From Nitrosococcus oceani ATCC 19707 (lineage in GTDB: Bacteria > Pseudomonadota > Gammaproteobacteria > Nitrosococcales > Nitrosococcaceae), in assembly GCF_000012805.1 (NCBI RefSeq), contig NC_007484.1, forward strand, positions 30,001 to 62,000: a stretch of 32,000 nt of DNA, read 5' to 3'. Within the stretch, counting starts at the first letter, position 1. Each line of letters starts with the position of its first letter. The notes below the pieces were generated by a model. That model was not told the DNA's origin. It worked only from the letters and a program-made list of their open reading frames with translations, and made no database searches. Shown in pieces: positions 10,131 to 19,229 of this stretch. Both the position numbers and the translations under genes were made by a program.

Positions 10131-10547
10131 AAGTTTACGATTGGAGTTTCGCCATGACTCATTTCAATTTTGTTCCTACAAAAACCTCATCAGCCTGGAA
10201 AATTCGCGCTTCAATGGGTGCCTGGGGCTGGCCACGACTTAGCGCGCAAGGCCCTCGGTTGGGTATTACCCTCCACGCGCATCACTTCCCCTCCTACCGA
10301 GGGTAGGTCGCGCTCTTGGCAACAGGGAAAATATACCGTGAATTGTTGGCGAAACACAAGCCATGTCGGCCCTCGCGCTCGATGCGCCGCTTCACTTCGC
10401 ACTCTCGCTGGGGGGCGTTCATCATCCATGGAGAACCCCAAGGCTAGAAATAATTAAATTAGCAATTCCCTTTTGCATTTTCTACCCATTATCCGTAGAA
10501 TCCCCGAACTTTAACCTATTTTTTAGTAGATTAACAGAGGAGACTAT

Positions 10548-10763
10548 ATGCCAAGCGTACGACTAAAAGAAAATGAGCCTTTTGATGTAGCCATCCGCCG
10601 ATTCAAGCGGACTTGCGAGAAGGCCGGCGTTCTGTCGGAGGTTCGCCGCCGGGAATTCTACGAAAAGCCTACGGCTGTTCGCAAGCGTAAAGCGGCCGCC
10701 GCCGTTAAGCGTTCAATGAAAAAATTAGCGCGAGAACGGGCTCGCCGCACCCGGCTCTATTAA
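10548..10763 (+). CDS. rpsU: 30S ribosomal protein S21
   Basis: 71 aa. [29 protein letters not shown] is near-identical to known S21. Confidence 0.95.
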   Translation: MPSVRLKENEPFDVAIRRFKRTCEKAGVLSEVRRREFYEKPTAVRKRKAAAAVKRSMKKLARERARRTRLY

Positions 10764-10800
10764 ATTTATTTTGCTTGCAGGGTATAATTGAGGAATTTTT

Positions 10801-11271
10801 ATGGTTGCTGATGGGAGTCCACTTAAGGCGCGTTTGCAGGAAGAAGTGAAGATTGCCATGCGAGCCAAGGATAAGGCTCGGTTGGGAATTTTGCGGATGG
10901 TAATGGCGGCCCTCAAGCAATTTGAAGTGGATACTCGCAAGCCTCTAGATGATGCGCAAGTTATTGCGTTGCTGGATAAAATGCTGAAGCAACGGCGTGA
11001 GTCCTTGGCGCAATATGAGGCTGCGGGAAGGACGGATTTGGCTGAAAAGGAGCGCTTTGAGGAAGAAGTGATTCAGAGTTATATGCCAACGCCGCTTAGC
11101 GAAGTTGAAGTCGAGCAGCTCATCGAAGAAGCGATCAGCCAGTGTCAGGCAACCACAGCCAGGGATATGGGAAAAGTGATGGCGCTACTTAAGCCAAATT
11201 TACAAGGCCGCGCCGATATGGCGGTGGCCAGCGCCAAGGTTAAGGCGCGATTAGAAGCAATATCCAGTTAA
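10801..11271 (+). CDS. GatB/YqeY domain-containing protein
   Basis: 156 aa. LKARLQEEVKIAMRAKDK.RLGILRMVMAALK is the YqeY signature. It sits between rpsU and dnaG, a common arrangement. Confidence 0.85.
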   Translation: MVADGSPLKARLQEEVKIAMRAKDKARLGILRMVMAALKQFEVDTRKPLDDAQVIALLDKMLKQRRESLAQYEAAGRTDLAEKERFEEEVIQSYMPTPLSEVEVEQLIEEAISQCQATTARDMGKVMALLKPNLQGRADMAVASAKVKARLEAISS

Positions 11272-11383
11272 ATTTAAATTAATTCCCTCGACAATTTTTG
11301 AATGCTCCGCTATTTTTTAGTAGAGAGGCACCGTTTTGCCGCTCTATATGCGCCTATTTCCATGCCTAGGTAATTGGATGCCT

Positions 11384-13102
11384 ATGGGAGAGCGGATCCC
11401 GCAAGAATTTATTGATGAACTGGTGGCTCGTACGGATATCGTGGAATTAATTGATTCCCGTGTTCCTTTGCGTAAAGCAAGCCACAATTATGTGGCTTGC
11501 TGCCCTTTTCACAATGAAAAGACCCCGTCTTTTACGGTGAGTCCCCAGAAACAGTTCTATTATTGCTTTGGTTGCAGTGTTCATGGGACGGCCATTGGTT
11601 TTTTGATGGCGTTCGACCGCCTTAGTTTTATCGAGGCGGTAGAAGAACTGGCGCAACGAGCGGGAATGATGGTTCCCCAAAGCTCGAAGCAACAAGACTA
11701 CTACAATCGGCACCAAGGCTTATATGAAGTACTGGCCTGTGCCGCCGAGTTTTATCAGCAGCAGCTGGAGGCTAGTGCCTATCAAGGGCAGGTTAAGGCT
11801 TATTTGCGGGAACGAGGTCTAAGTGGCCCTATTATTGCCGAATTTGGACTAGGTTTTGCTCCGCCCCGCTGGAATGCTTTATTACATTATACCCGGCCCT
11901 CCCTTAAATCTTACCTTCAGGCAGCGGGTTTAACGATCAGCAAAGGCGAGGATCGTTACTATGATCGGTTTCGAGATCGTTTAATATTCCCCATTCATGA
12001 TTATCGGGGCCGGGTAATTGGTTTCGGCGGCCGTCTTTTGGGTGATGGCTCTCCAAAATATCTTAATTCACCTGAAACAGCGTTGTTTCATAAAGGACGA
12101 GAGCTTTATGGCTTGTATCAGGTACGAAAGTCCCTCCACCGCTGCGATAGGTTGTTGGTGGTGGAAGGATACATGGATGTTTTGGCCCTAGCAGAGCATA
12201 AAATTCGCTATGCAGTCGCGACTTTAGGGACAGCAACGACTTCGGATCATTTGACTCGCTTGTTCCGGATAACGCCAGCGGTCATATTTTGCTTTGATGG
12301 CGATCGGGCAGGTTACCAAGCAGCCTGGCGGGCGCTAGAAACGGCACTGCCTTTGCTTAGTCAAGGGCGACAGGTACAGTTTATGTTTTTACCCCAAGGG
12401 GAAGATCCCGATACTATGGTACGTGCTGAGGGGCAGACGGCTTTTGAAGCGCGCTTGGCAGAGGCCGTGCCGCTATCTGATTTTTTGTTAAATAATTTGC
12501 GGCAGAAGGTTAATCTTAGCAGTGTGGATGGATGCGCGCGTTTGGTGGAACTTGCCCGACCCCTCCTAGCTCGTATCCCACCGGGAGTTTATCAAGATAT
12601 GCTGCTTGCGCGTCTAGCGGAACTCGCCCAGATAGAGCAGACAACGCTTATTCGCCACTTGAGTCCAGGAAAGAAACCTACGGCGGTGCCTCTTCGGCGA
12701 TTGGAGCAAGGTGCCGCGTCTCCAACACGACGGGCAGTAGCCATTTTGCTTCAACGGCCTAAGATGATTCAATGGGTAGATAAGAATTTATCTCTTAGGG
12801 GACTAGAAGGTGCAGGGGCAGAATTACTTCAGAAACTAGTTGATTTATTGCAAAACAATCCACATCTAAATACGGCTGCCCTCCTTGAACGCTGGCGGGA
12901 TTCAGAAATGGGCCGGTATCTGGAGCAATTAGCCGGCTGGGAGTTGCTTTTGACTGACGAGGATATGGTATTGGAGTTACAAGCTGCTTTAGAGCGTTTG
13001 CAGGTACAGGGGGCAGAGCAGCGGATAATAACTCTTTCCAATCAGCCTTCCTTGACGGGAGCAGAGCAACGAGAGTTGCTTGCTCTGCTGGCGGAAAAAT
13101 AA
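11384..13102 (+). CDS. dnaG: DNA primase
   Basis: The start is set at MGERIPQEFIDELVARTDIVELI, which aligns with E. coli MAGRIPRVFINDLLARTDIV. CCPFHNEKTPSFTV..CFGC zinc finger and EGYMDV Toprim motif. The track start at 11336 adds a non-homologous extension. Confidence 0.93.
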   Translation: MGERIPQEFIDELVARTDIVELIDSRVPLRKASHNYVACCPFHNEKTPSFTVSPQKQFYYCFGCSVHGTAIGFLMAFDRLSFIEAVEELAQRAGMMVPQSSKQQDYYNRHQGLYEVLACAAEFYQQQLEASAYQGQVKAYLRERGLSGPIIAEFGLGFAPPRWNALLHYTRPSLKSYLQAAGLTISKGEDRYYDRFRDRLIFPIHDYRGRVIGFGGRLLGDGSPKYLNSPETALFHKGRELYGLYQVRKSLHRCDRLLVVEGYMDVLALAEHKIRYAVATLGTATTSDHLTRLFRITPAVIFCFDGDRAGYQAAWRALETALPLLSQGRQVQFMFLPQGEDPDTMVRAEGQTAFEARLAEAVPLSDFLLNNLRQKVNLSSVDGCARLVELARPLLARIPPGVYQDMLLARLAELAQIEQTTLIRHLSPGKKPTAVPLRRLEQGAASPTRRAVAILLQRPKMIQWVDKNLSLRGLEGAGAELLQKLVDLLQNNPHLNTAALLERWRDSEMGRYLEQLAGWELLLTDEDMVLELQAALERLQVQGAEQRIITLSNQPSLTGAEQRELLALLAEK

Positions 13103-13223
13103 ATCTATCGGATATATTTAATCTATCCTGGATATTAAAGGCGTCAATAGCGTATAATAAGAAGATTTGGTTTTCGGTTTATCCGGTAGCTTTTTTTGGG
13201 CCATTAATTGTATGTTGAAAATT

Positions 13224-15020
13224 ATGGAACAAGATCGTCAGTCACAATTGAAACTTTTGATCGCAAGGGGTAAGGATCGGGGTTATCTATCCTATAGCGA
13301 GGTAAACGATCACCTGCCCGACGACGTGATCGATCCGGAGCAAATTGAAGACATTATTACAATGTTCAACGATATGGGTATCTCCGTGCATGAGGATATG
13401 GCGGAAGCCGATGCCCTAGCAATTATGGATACCGCCGTTGCCGACGATGAGGTGGCTGAGGAGGCTGCTGCTGCTCTGGTCTCGGTGGATGGAGAGTTTG
13501 CCCGAACTTCGGATCCGGTCCGTATGTATATGCGGGAAATGGGCAGCGTTGAGCTTTTGACTCGGGAAGGGGAGATCAGCATCGCTAAGCGAATCGAAGA
13601 GGGAATGCGGCAAGTTTATACCGCTCTTTCTCGTTTTCCAGGCAGCGTGGCTGAATTATTGTGTCAATACGAAAAAGTGGAGGCGGATGAAATCCGCTTG
13701 GCTGATGTGATTTCCGGGTTTCAGGAATCAGAGGAAGCGGATTTAAAGGAATCTGCTGCAGAAGAAGCTTCCGTCTCTTCCGAAGGTAGCACGGAGGAGG
13801 AAGAAAGTGATAATGGCCTTGATCTAGATAGAGTCCGGGAACAGTTTACTCAACTACGGGAGTTGTATGAGCGGTATCAGGCGGCTGATCTCAAGGATAA
13901 TGATAGAGCGCTAGCTGAACTGAGCGAGTGCTTTCTTCAGCTTAAGCTTGTGCCTCGTTTATCTCAACGGTTGATAGAAAATCTTCGCGGAGTAGTGGCA
14001 GAAATTCGTGTGCTTGAACGGAGCATCATGAAAATTGCGGTGAATTCGGCTCAGATGCCCCGCAAAGATTTTCTGTCTTCGTTCCAGAAACAAGAAACCA
14101 ACCTAAACTGGGTAGAAAAGCATATCCGGGCAAAAAAGCATTATTCTTCCGTACTCAGAAAACAAGGGGACGCAATTCAGAAAGCCCAAGAAAAGCTCAT
14201 AGTCTTAGAGCAAAGGGCCGGTATGAGTATTACCCAGATTAAGGAGATTAACCGTTCCCTATCTATTGGAGAAGCACGGGCCCGGCGGGCTAAAAAAGAG
14301 ATGGTCGAGGCTAATTTGCGCTTGGTCATTTCGATTGCCAAAAAATATACCAACCGTGGTCTCCAGTTTCTGGATCTGATCCAGGAAGGCAACATTGGTC
14401 TCATGAAGGCCGTTGATAAATTTGAATACCGCCGTGGTTACAAGTTTTCTACCTATGCGACTTGGTGGATACGGCAGGCAATTACCCGTTCTATCGCTGA
14501 TCAGGCTCGGACCATCCGTATTCCGGTACATATGATTGAAACCATCAATAAGCTCAACCGCGTTTCTCGTCAGATGCTACAAGAGATGGGTCGAGAGCCA
14601 ACCCCCGATGAGTTGGCAGAACGGGTGGAGATGCCAAAAGATAAAGTGCGGAAGGTCCTTAAGATTGCCAGGGAACCCATCTCCATGGAAACGCCTATTG
14701 GTGACGATGAGGATTCCCATTTAGGGGATTTTGTCGAGGACGCTGCTGTCATATCTCCGCCTGATTCGGCGATCTTCTCCGGGCTGAGGGAAACTACACA
14801 GTTAATATTAGCCGGTTTAACTCCCCGCGAGGCTAAAGTGCTGCGGATGCGTTTTGGGATTGATATGAATACGGATCATACCTTGGAAGAAGTAGGTAAG
14901 CAGTTTGATGTAACCCGGGAGAGAATTCGGCAGATTGAGGCTAAGGCTCTACGTAAATTGCGCCATCCTTCCCGTTCGGAGCAGCTTCGTAGTTTTTTGG
15001 ATATAGAAAATAACAACTAA
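13224..15020 (+). CDS. rpoD: RNA polymerase sigma factor RpoD (sigma-70)
   Basis: The start is set at [13 protein letters not shown]. Contains an acidic region 1.1/NCR, region 2 ([41 protein letters not shown]) and region 4 ([30 protein letters not shown]). Confidence 0.95.
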   Translation: MEQDRQSQLKLLIARGKDRGYLSYSEVNDHLPDDVIDPEQIEDIITMFNDMGISVHEDMAEADALAIMDTAVADDEVAEEAAAALVSVDGEFARTSDPVRMYMREMGSVELLTREGEISIAKRIEEGMRQVYTALSRFPGSVAELLCQYEKVEADEIRLADVISGFQESEEADLKESAAEEASVSSEGSTEEEESDNGLDLDRVREQFTQLRELYERYQAADLKDNDRALAELSECFLQLKLVPRLSQRLIENLRGVVAEIRVLERSIMKIAVNSAQMPRKDFLSSFQKQETNLNWVEKHIRAKKHYSSVLRKQGDAIQKAQEKLIVLEQRAGMSITQIKEINRSLSIGEARARRAKKEMVEANLRLVISIAKKYTNRGLQFLDLIQEGNIGLMKAVDKFEYRRGYKFSTYATWWIRQAITRSIADQARTIRIPVHMIETINKLNRVSRQMLQEMGREPTPDELAERVEMPKDKVRKVLKIAREPISMETPIGDDEDSHLGDFVEDAAVISPPDSAIFSGLRETTQLILAGLTPREAKVLRMRFGIDMNTDHTLEEVGKQFDVTRERIRQIEAKALRKLRHPSRSEQLRSFLDIENNN

Positions 15021-15035
15021 CGGAAGTTTTTATTG

Positions 15036-15111
15036 GGGCCTATAGCTCAGTCGGTAGAGCAGGGGACTCATAATCCCTTGGTCGCAGGTTCGAGTCCTGC
15101 TGGGCCCACCA
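15036..15111 (+). tRNA. tRNA with anticodon CAU: elongator Met or lysidine-modified Ile2 (ileX-like)
   Basis: A hand-folded 76-nt cloverleaf: acceptor GGGCCTA/TGGGCCC, D arm GCTC/GAGC, anticodon arm GGGGA-CTCATAA-TCCCT, T arm GCAGG-TTCGAGT-CCTGC, and an encoded CCA. The anticodon stem and variable loop resemble E. coli ileX, which also lies near rpoD. The identity cannot be settled by eye. Confidence 0.9.
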
Positions 15112-15523
15112 AATAAACCAAAGGCTTGCATAAATTTAATCTTTTTCTTTTGTGTTATGGGACACTGTTGGGGCATTCAGTAGTAGCAACTCCCTTAATA
15201 ATCCACTCTCGTTTTCCTCTCTAGCATTCTTTCTTTCTCTTTGAAAATAACCCTTTTGGGATGAAAGTGTCCCATGAGTGTCCATTTTTATTTTACACCC
15301 ACTAAATTTTATTAAAAAAACAAATATATACATATATAAGCCAGGGGATATGATGTCCTTTGTTGTTTTTTGTGGTGGTTTGTTATTAGGGTATAGCCAT
15401 TAATTTACAGGGTAAAAATAATATCCTTAAGGTTTTAACAACTTGGTATGGAGTTGTCCGGACTATGGTTGCATATCTGTTCCTGCCAGATAGGATCTCC
15501 TCTGTAGCTTAGAGAGGGTAATC

Positions 15524-16606
15524 ATCGCTACCATCGAAACACGCCACACTAAAGAGGGTAAAGTTGCCTATCGGGTCAAAATCCGATTAAAGGGACATCC
15601 TCCCCAGACAGCTACTTTCGAACGTAAGTCCGACGCTAAGCGTTGGACCCAACAAACCGAAGCTGCTATCCGTGAAGGCCGTCACTTTAAGACGGTAAAG
15701 GCTACACGCCATACACTCGGCGAACTCATTGACCGTTATATTCGAGACATTCTCCCCCGCAAGCCTAAAAGCCAGGTTAAGCAAACGCTACAACTGAGGT
15801 GGTGGAAAGAGCAGCTCGGCCATCTTCTGCTTGCAGATGTCACCCTGGCATTGATTGCGGAGTGCCGAGACAAGCTGGCAAGCGGAAATATTACCCGGTA
15901 CAACCAAAAAAACTCGGGAGGTCAGCGCAGCCCGGGGAGCGTCAATCGTTATCTGGCCGCGTTGAGTCATACCTTTACCATCGCGGTTAAAGAGTGGGGT
16001 TGGCTAGAAGACAGCCCTATGGGGCGTATTTCCAAACTGAAGGAGCCAAGAGGACGGGTGCGTTTCCTTTCGGACAGTGAGAGGGAAAGGCTGCTGAAAG
16101 CCTGCCGAGGGAGTTCTAATTCCTTTCTTTATCCGGCCGTGGTATTGGCCTTATCCACTGGTGCAAGGCGGATGGAGATCATGGCGTTGCGCTGGCGCAA
16201 TGTAGACTTGCAGCGAGGTCTAATCAGCCTTCATGAAACAAAAAACGGAGAGCGTCGAGCTTTACCTTTAGCAGGCCATGCTTTGGATTGCGTTAAACGC
16301 TTAAGCAAAGTACGCCAAATTGACACTGATTTGCTGTTTCCCAGCAACCACAATCCCCAGCAGCCCCTCGATTTGCGAAAGCCATGGGAAATTGCTTTAA
16401 AGCAAGCCGGCATTGAAGATTTTCGCTGGCATGACTTACGCCATAGTGCCGCTTCTTATCTTGCCATGAATGGGGCCACACTCGCTGAAATTGCCGAGGT
16501 ATTGGGCCATAAGACCCTCCAGATGGTAAAGCGTTATGCACATTTTTCGGAAACTCACACCGCCCGCGTAGTCGCAAGCATGAATGCCAAGATATTTGGG
16601 GAGTAA
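15524..16606 (+). CDS. int: Tyrosine site-specific integrase (phage integrase family) with no canonical start codon
   Basis: The frame is open from 15494. The homologous N-terminus (I)ATIETRHTKEGKVAYRVKIRLKGHP begins at ATC 15524, downstream of AGAGAGGG. The first ATG/GTG/TTG in frame is TTG 15851, which would delete the arm-binding and SAM-like domain. The catalytic residues are present: TGARRMEI, HDLRHSAAS, GHKTLQMVKRYAH. Confidence 0.85.
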   Translation: MATIETRHTKEGKVAYRVKIRLKGHPPQTATFERKSDAKRWTQQTEAAIREGRHFKTVKATRHTLGELIDRYIRDILPRKPKSQVKQTLQLRWWKEQLGHLLLADVTLALIAECRDKLASGNITRYNQKNSGGQRSPGSVNRYLAALSHTFTIAVKEWGWLEDSPMGRISKLKEPRGRVRFLSDSERERLLKACRGSSNSFLYPAVVLALSTGARRMEIMALRWRNVDLQRGLISLHETKNGERRALPLAGHALDCVKRLSKVRQIDTDLLFPSNHNPQQPLDLRKPWEIALKQAGIEDFRWHDLRHSAASYLAMNGATLAEIAEVLGHKTLQMVKRYAHFSETHTARVVASMNAKIFGE

Positions 16607-16608
16607 GA

Positions 16609-17358
16609 ATGTCAAATTCAATTGGGAGGCCACTACCAAACTGCCGCCATCTTCGATCCTTACCTCTCCCGAGCATAGCTCAGTATTGGGCGATCGAAAC
16701 AGGAACCAATCCTAGCGATAACCTTCGTGATCTGGCCTTCGCCGTACATTGTTGGCTATTGTGTGAGAAGGAATTTAGATCAGCTTATCGTAAATCAGGT
16801 GATCCTAAATTTCTTGAGGCCGTTCTTCCCAATAACAAAGAAAAGTTGGAACAGATCGGAGAAGCCTTAAAAAAGCTTTACCTGGATAATATCCTTGATG
16901 CGCAGATTGAGCAAACTCTTGCTGCAATTACAATTTATGCCGAGGATATAAAGGATTGGTGCCAACGCAATCACCGGCCGTTGCCCCGGTTCTGGTTTCC
17001 CCTTTCTGAGGCTGCAGCTAGCCATGAGTCCGGTTCATATCAGCCATCACCGAAAAAGTTGATAGCCGAAGCAGAGGAAGTTGGTAAAAATCTCTCAGGG
17101 GTACTAAAAGCAAGCGATAAAATGCCCGTGGATCCTCCCAGGAAGCGATCATTAATTATTCCAAGCACTGCAAATCAATATAATACTAAAGATAAAAAAT
17201 CTTACCTGAATATCGAACTTGTGAGGCGAACATACGATCACCTATGTGAAACTCAAAAAGATAGGCATTTAGCTCCCAAGGAAGAATTGGCATTTGTTAT
17301 TAATAAGCCCGCTCACTTTGATACTGACAAAATTATAGAGCTATATCTAAATTTATAG
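16609..17358 (+). CDS. Hypothetical protein (AT-rich island cargo); 3' end replaced by the IS630 insertion
   Basis: The ATG lies 2 nt after the int stop. 249 aa with no motif I recognise. The last 7 codons (ELYLNL-stop) lie inside the IS left end. Confidence 0.6.
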   Translation: MSNSIGRPLPNCRHLRSLPLPSIAQYWAIETGTNPSDNLRDLAFAVHCWLLCEKEFRSAYRKSGDPKFLEAVLPNNKEKLEQIGEALKKLYLDNILDAQIEQTLAAITIYAEDIKDWCQRNHRPLPRFWFPLSEAAASHESGSYQPSPKKLIAEAEEVGKNLSGVLKASDKMPVDPPRKRSLIIPSTANQYNTKDKKSYLNIELVRRTYDHLCETQKDRHLAPKEELAFVINKPAHFDTDKIIELYLNL

Positions 17359-17395
17359 ATATTGAGACATTTGTGTTATATTCATTCATACTGTT

Positions 17396-17731
17396 GTGAC
17401 GAGATGTTCAATTGATTTGCGCAAACGAGTAATCGATTTTGTAAGGGGCGGTGGAAGCAAGGCGGAAGCGGCCCGGAGATTTCAGGTAGGCCGCGCGAGC
17501 ATTTATCGCTGGTTGTCGCAGGATGATGCGCTGTGTTACGAGCGTCCCGGCCCTCGCCGTTCACACAAGCTGGACTGGGAGGCTTTACGGGTCCATGTGG
17601 AAGACAAGGCTGATCTCACCTATAAAGAACGCGCCCGGCATTTTGGCGTTTCGTATTACTGTATTTGGCATGCGATGCACAAAATGGGGTTAACCCGTAA
17701 AAAAAATGACGGGGTACACGCAGCGCTGTAA
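17396..17731 (+). CDS. IS630-family transposase, N-terminal HTH part (orfA)
   Basis: 111 aa with a GTG start. RKRVIDFVRGGGSKAEAARRFQVGRASIYRW and TYKERARHFGVSYYCIWHAMHKMGLTRKK are the paired HTH motifs of IS630/Tc1 transposases. Confidence 0.85.
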   Translation: MTRCSIDLRKRVIDFVRGGGSKAEAARRFQVGRASIYRWLSQDDALCYERPGPRRSHKLDWEALRVHVEDKADLTYKERARHFGVSYYCIWHAMHKMGLTRKKNDGVHAAL

Positions 17732-18230
17732 TATGAAAAGAAAGAGCTTTCTTCGTCTTCGTGAACGCTATCGCCGCCGCGGCAAAAGATTTGTCTATCT
17801 TGATGAAAGCGGTTTTGAGCCGGAGGTTTCCCGTCGTTACGCTTACGCTCCAAAGGGGCGGCGTGTTTATGGTCTGATCTCCGGTCATCGCAGACCGCGA
17901 ACCTCTTTATTGGCCGCCCGTATGGATGAAGGCTTTGAAGCGCCGTTTCTATTTGAGGGAACCTGTAACACGGCTGTGTTCAATGCATGGCTGGAAAAAG
18001 AGCTTTGCCCCTTGCTCAACAGCAACCACATTGTCATCATGGATAATGCTCCGTTCCACAAAGCCGTTTCTTCACGTGAAATCATCAAAAAAACAGGGGC
18101 GGGAATTTTATTCCTCCCCCCTTATTCCCCTGACTTTAACCCCATAGAAAAAGACTTCGGAAATATCAAAAAAATCAGAGAATACAACGAACACGAAACC
18201 CTTGAGAATATCGTTGCAGCGTATCAGTAA
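17706..18230 (+). CDS. IS630-family transposase, DDE catalytic part (orfB)
   Basis: 174 aa. FVYLDESGF, IVIMDNAPFHK and ILFLPPYSPDFNPIEKDF match the DDE blocks of IS630. It overlaps orfA at the A8 tract 17699-17706. Confidence 0.85.
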   Translation: MTGYTQRCNMKRKSFLRLRERYRRRGKRFVYLDESGFEPEVSRRYAYAPKGRRVYGLISGHRRPRTSLLAARMDEGFEAPFLFEGTCNTAVFNAWLEKELCPLLNSNHIVIMDNAPFHKAVSSREIIKKTGAGILFLPPYSPDFNPIEKDFGNIKKIREYNEHETLENIVAAYQ

Positions 18231-18247
18231 TTATAGATTTAGCTATA

Positions 18248-18394
18248 GATAAGCGATTTGGTAGTGTTGCTGAGCAGCTACGTGAAGTAAATCATTTTGA
18301 ATGGAAAACCAAGGCGGGAAGTATAAGCAGAATGAGTCTAAAATCCATCCAAGAGTGTATAAGAAAGTACAAACGAGAACTTAATATATATTGA
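18248..18394 (+). pseudogene. Displaced 3' fragment of the cargo gene 16609-17337
   Basis: Removing 17338-18247 (the IS plus one TA) joins ...DKII to DKRFGSVAEQLREVNHFEWKTKAGSISRMSLKSIQECIRKYKRELNIY-stop in frame. I translated this codon by codon. Confidence 0.5.
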
Positions 18395-18775
18395 ATATAC
18401 TTTCTTAATTTTTACCCCATCCCTCTCGCCTGAATTAAGCATCTTCATATAAACCGATTCAGGTAAATTTTTATCCATTCCGCAGCAGAATTGGGGTTAC
18501 TGAGTAGAGAATGTTAAAACCCCTTTGATGTCCTACTATGAATCTTCATACGCCTACTTTTCCGGATTATCGATAATCAGGAATTTTAATGCACTAAATT
18601 TAACCATTAGTTTGATGTAAAAAGAAATTCCTTTGTTCTCCTGATTATAAAATTTCCCTCTGGTTCACTCTTAATTGGGGAATTGAGCTGCTTTAATAAC
18701 GCTCCATAACAAGCGGCATCTCGCCGCACAAATAAGGCAATTAGGATGTGAATAAAGCAATCGGGAGATGAATAA

Positions 18776-19048
18776 TTGACTATCAGTAACAAAGTCCGCC
18801 ACCTTCTCACAGTGGGACAATTCAGCGAGAAGAATCCGGCCTTCCCTGAAGCCAGTTTGCGTTATCTAATTTTTAGGTCGGAAGACCGGGAGAACAGCAA
18901 AGGGGAAGTCATCCCAGGCAATGGATTCTCTCCAGCGATTGTTCGTGTTGGAAGGAAGGTGCTTATCGATGAGGAGAAATTTTTCGAGTGCATTGATGAG
19001 CAAAACGGGCAATCTACGATGAGACAGAAAGGGGGTGGAGATGTATGA
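18776..19048 (+). CDS. Excisionase/AlpA-like small DNA-binding protein
   Basis: 90 aa with a TTG start about 10 nt after GGGAG. LLTVGQFSEKNPAF.EASLRYLIF ... AIVRVGRKVLIDEEKFFECI resembles the Xis/HTH_17 layout. Its position ahead of the replication genes fits a satellite or ICE regulatory module. Confidence 0.5.
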   Translation: MTISNKVRHLLTVGQFSEKNPAFPEASLRYLIFRSEDRENSKGEVIPGNGFSPAIVRVGRKVLIDEEKFFECIDEQNGQSTMRQKGGGDV

Positions 19049-19229
19049 CTTGGCCCCTTTTCCAAAAGATCACCTGGAGCGTGTTTGTTGCAGTAGCTGC
19101 GGCATATCCTCCCAGCGGCTTGCCTCCGTCAATGGCGTGTGGCTATGCCATCAATGTTTGGGTTGGATCAGGAGATATGAGCATATTCAAAAAGCCCGTG
19201 CCTGGTTCCAGGAGGCGGACATTGAGTAA
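19041..19229 (+). CDS. Small Zn-ribbon protein (CxxC...CxxC)
   Basis: The ATG at 19041 follows GGGGGTGGAG and overlaps the upstream stop (ATGTATGA). The protein has CSSC and CHQC pairs. Function unknown. Confidence 0.4.
   Translation: MYDLAPFPKDHLERVCCSSCGISSQRLASVNGVWLCHQCLGWIRRYEHIQKARAWFQEADIE

Larger units (their letters stand above)
17338..18245 (+). mobile_element. IS630/Tc1-mariner family insertion sequence (~908 bp) flanked by a TA duplication
   Basis: Imperfect terminal inverted repeats. In the alignment with IS ends at 17341 and 18248, 22 of 28 positions match: ctatatctaaatttatagatattgagac against the reverse complement of gtatcagtaattatagatttagctatag. With the ends used for this feature (17338 and 18245), 17 of 25 positions match. 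TA occurs at 17336-17337 and 18246-18247. The element carries a two-ORF IS630-type transposase. The exact ends are ambiguous by about 3 nt. Confidence 0.8.

Noticed and set aside
10170-10457. ORFs 10170-10457(+), 10211-10441(-), 10031-10306(+) and 10363-10566(+) in the tsaD-rpsU spacer
   Set aside because: They overlap each other on both strands, and their composition is Arg/Pro/Gly/Trp-rich and not protein-like. They were treated as by-products of a GC-rich non-coding block, which is reported as a finding instead.
11336-11383. Upstream start of the dnaG track ORF (also 13167-13223 for rpoD and 22557-22706 for terS)
   Set aside because: Homology to known N-termini begins at the internal starts: MGERIPQEF for dna[10 protein letters not shown] for rpoD, and MRQARYP with a GAGGAG SD for terS. 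The extensions look non-coding.
15136-15333. 65-aa minus-strand ORF between the tRNA and int
   Set aside because: It lies in an AT-rich attachment or promoter region. It has no RBS and its peptide is implausible.
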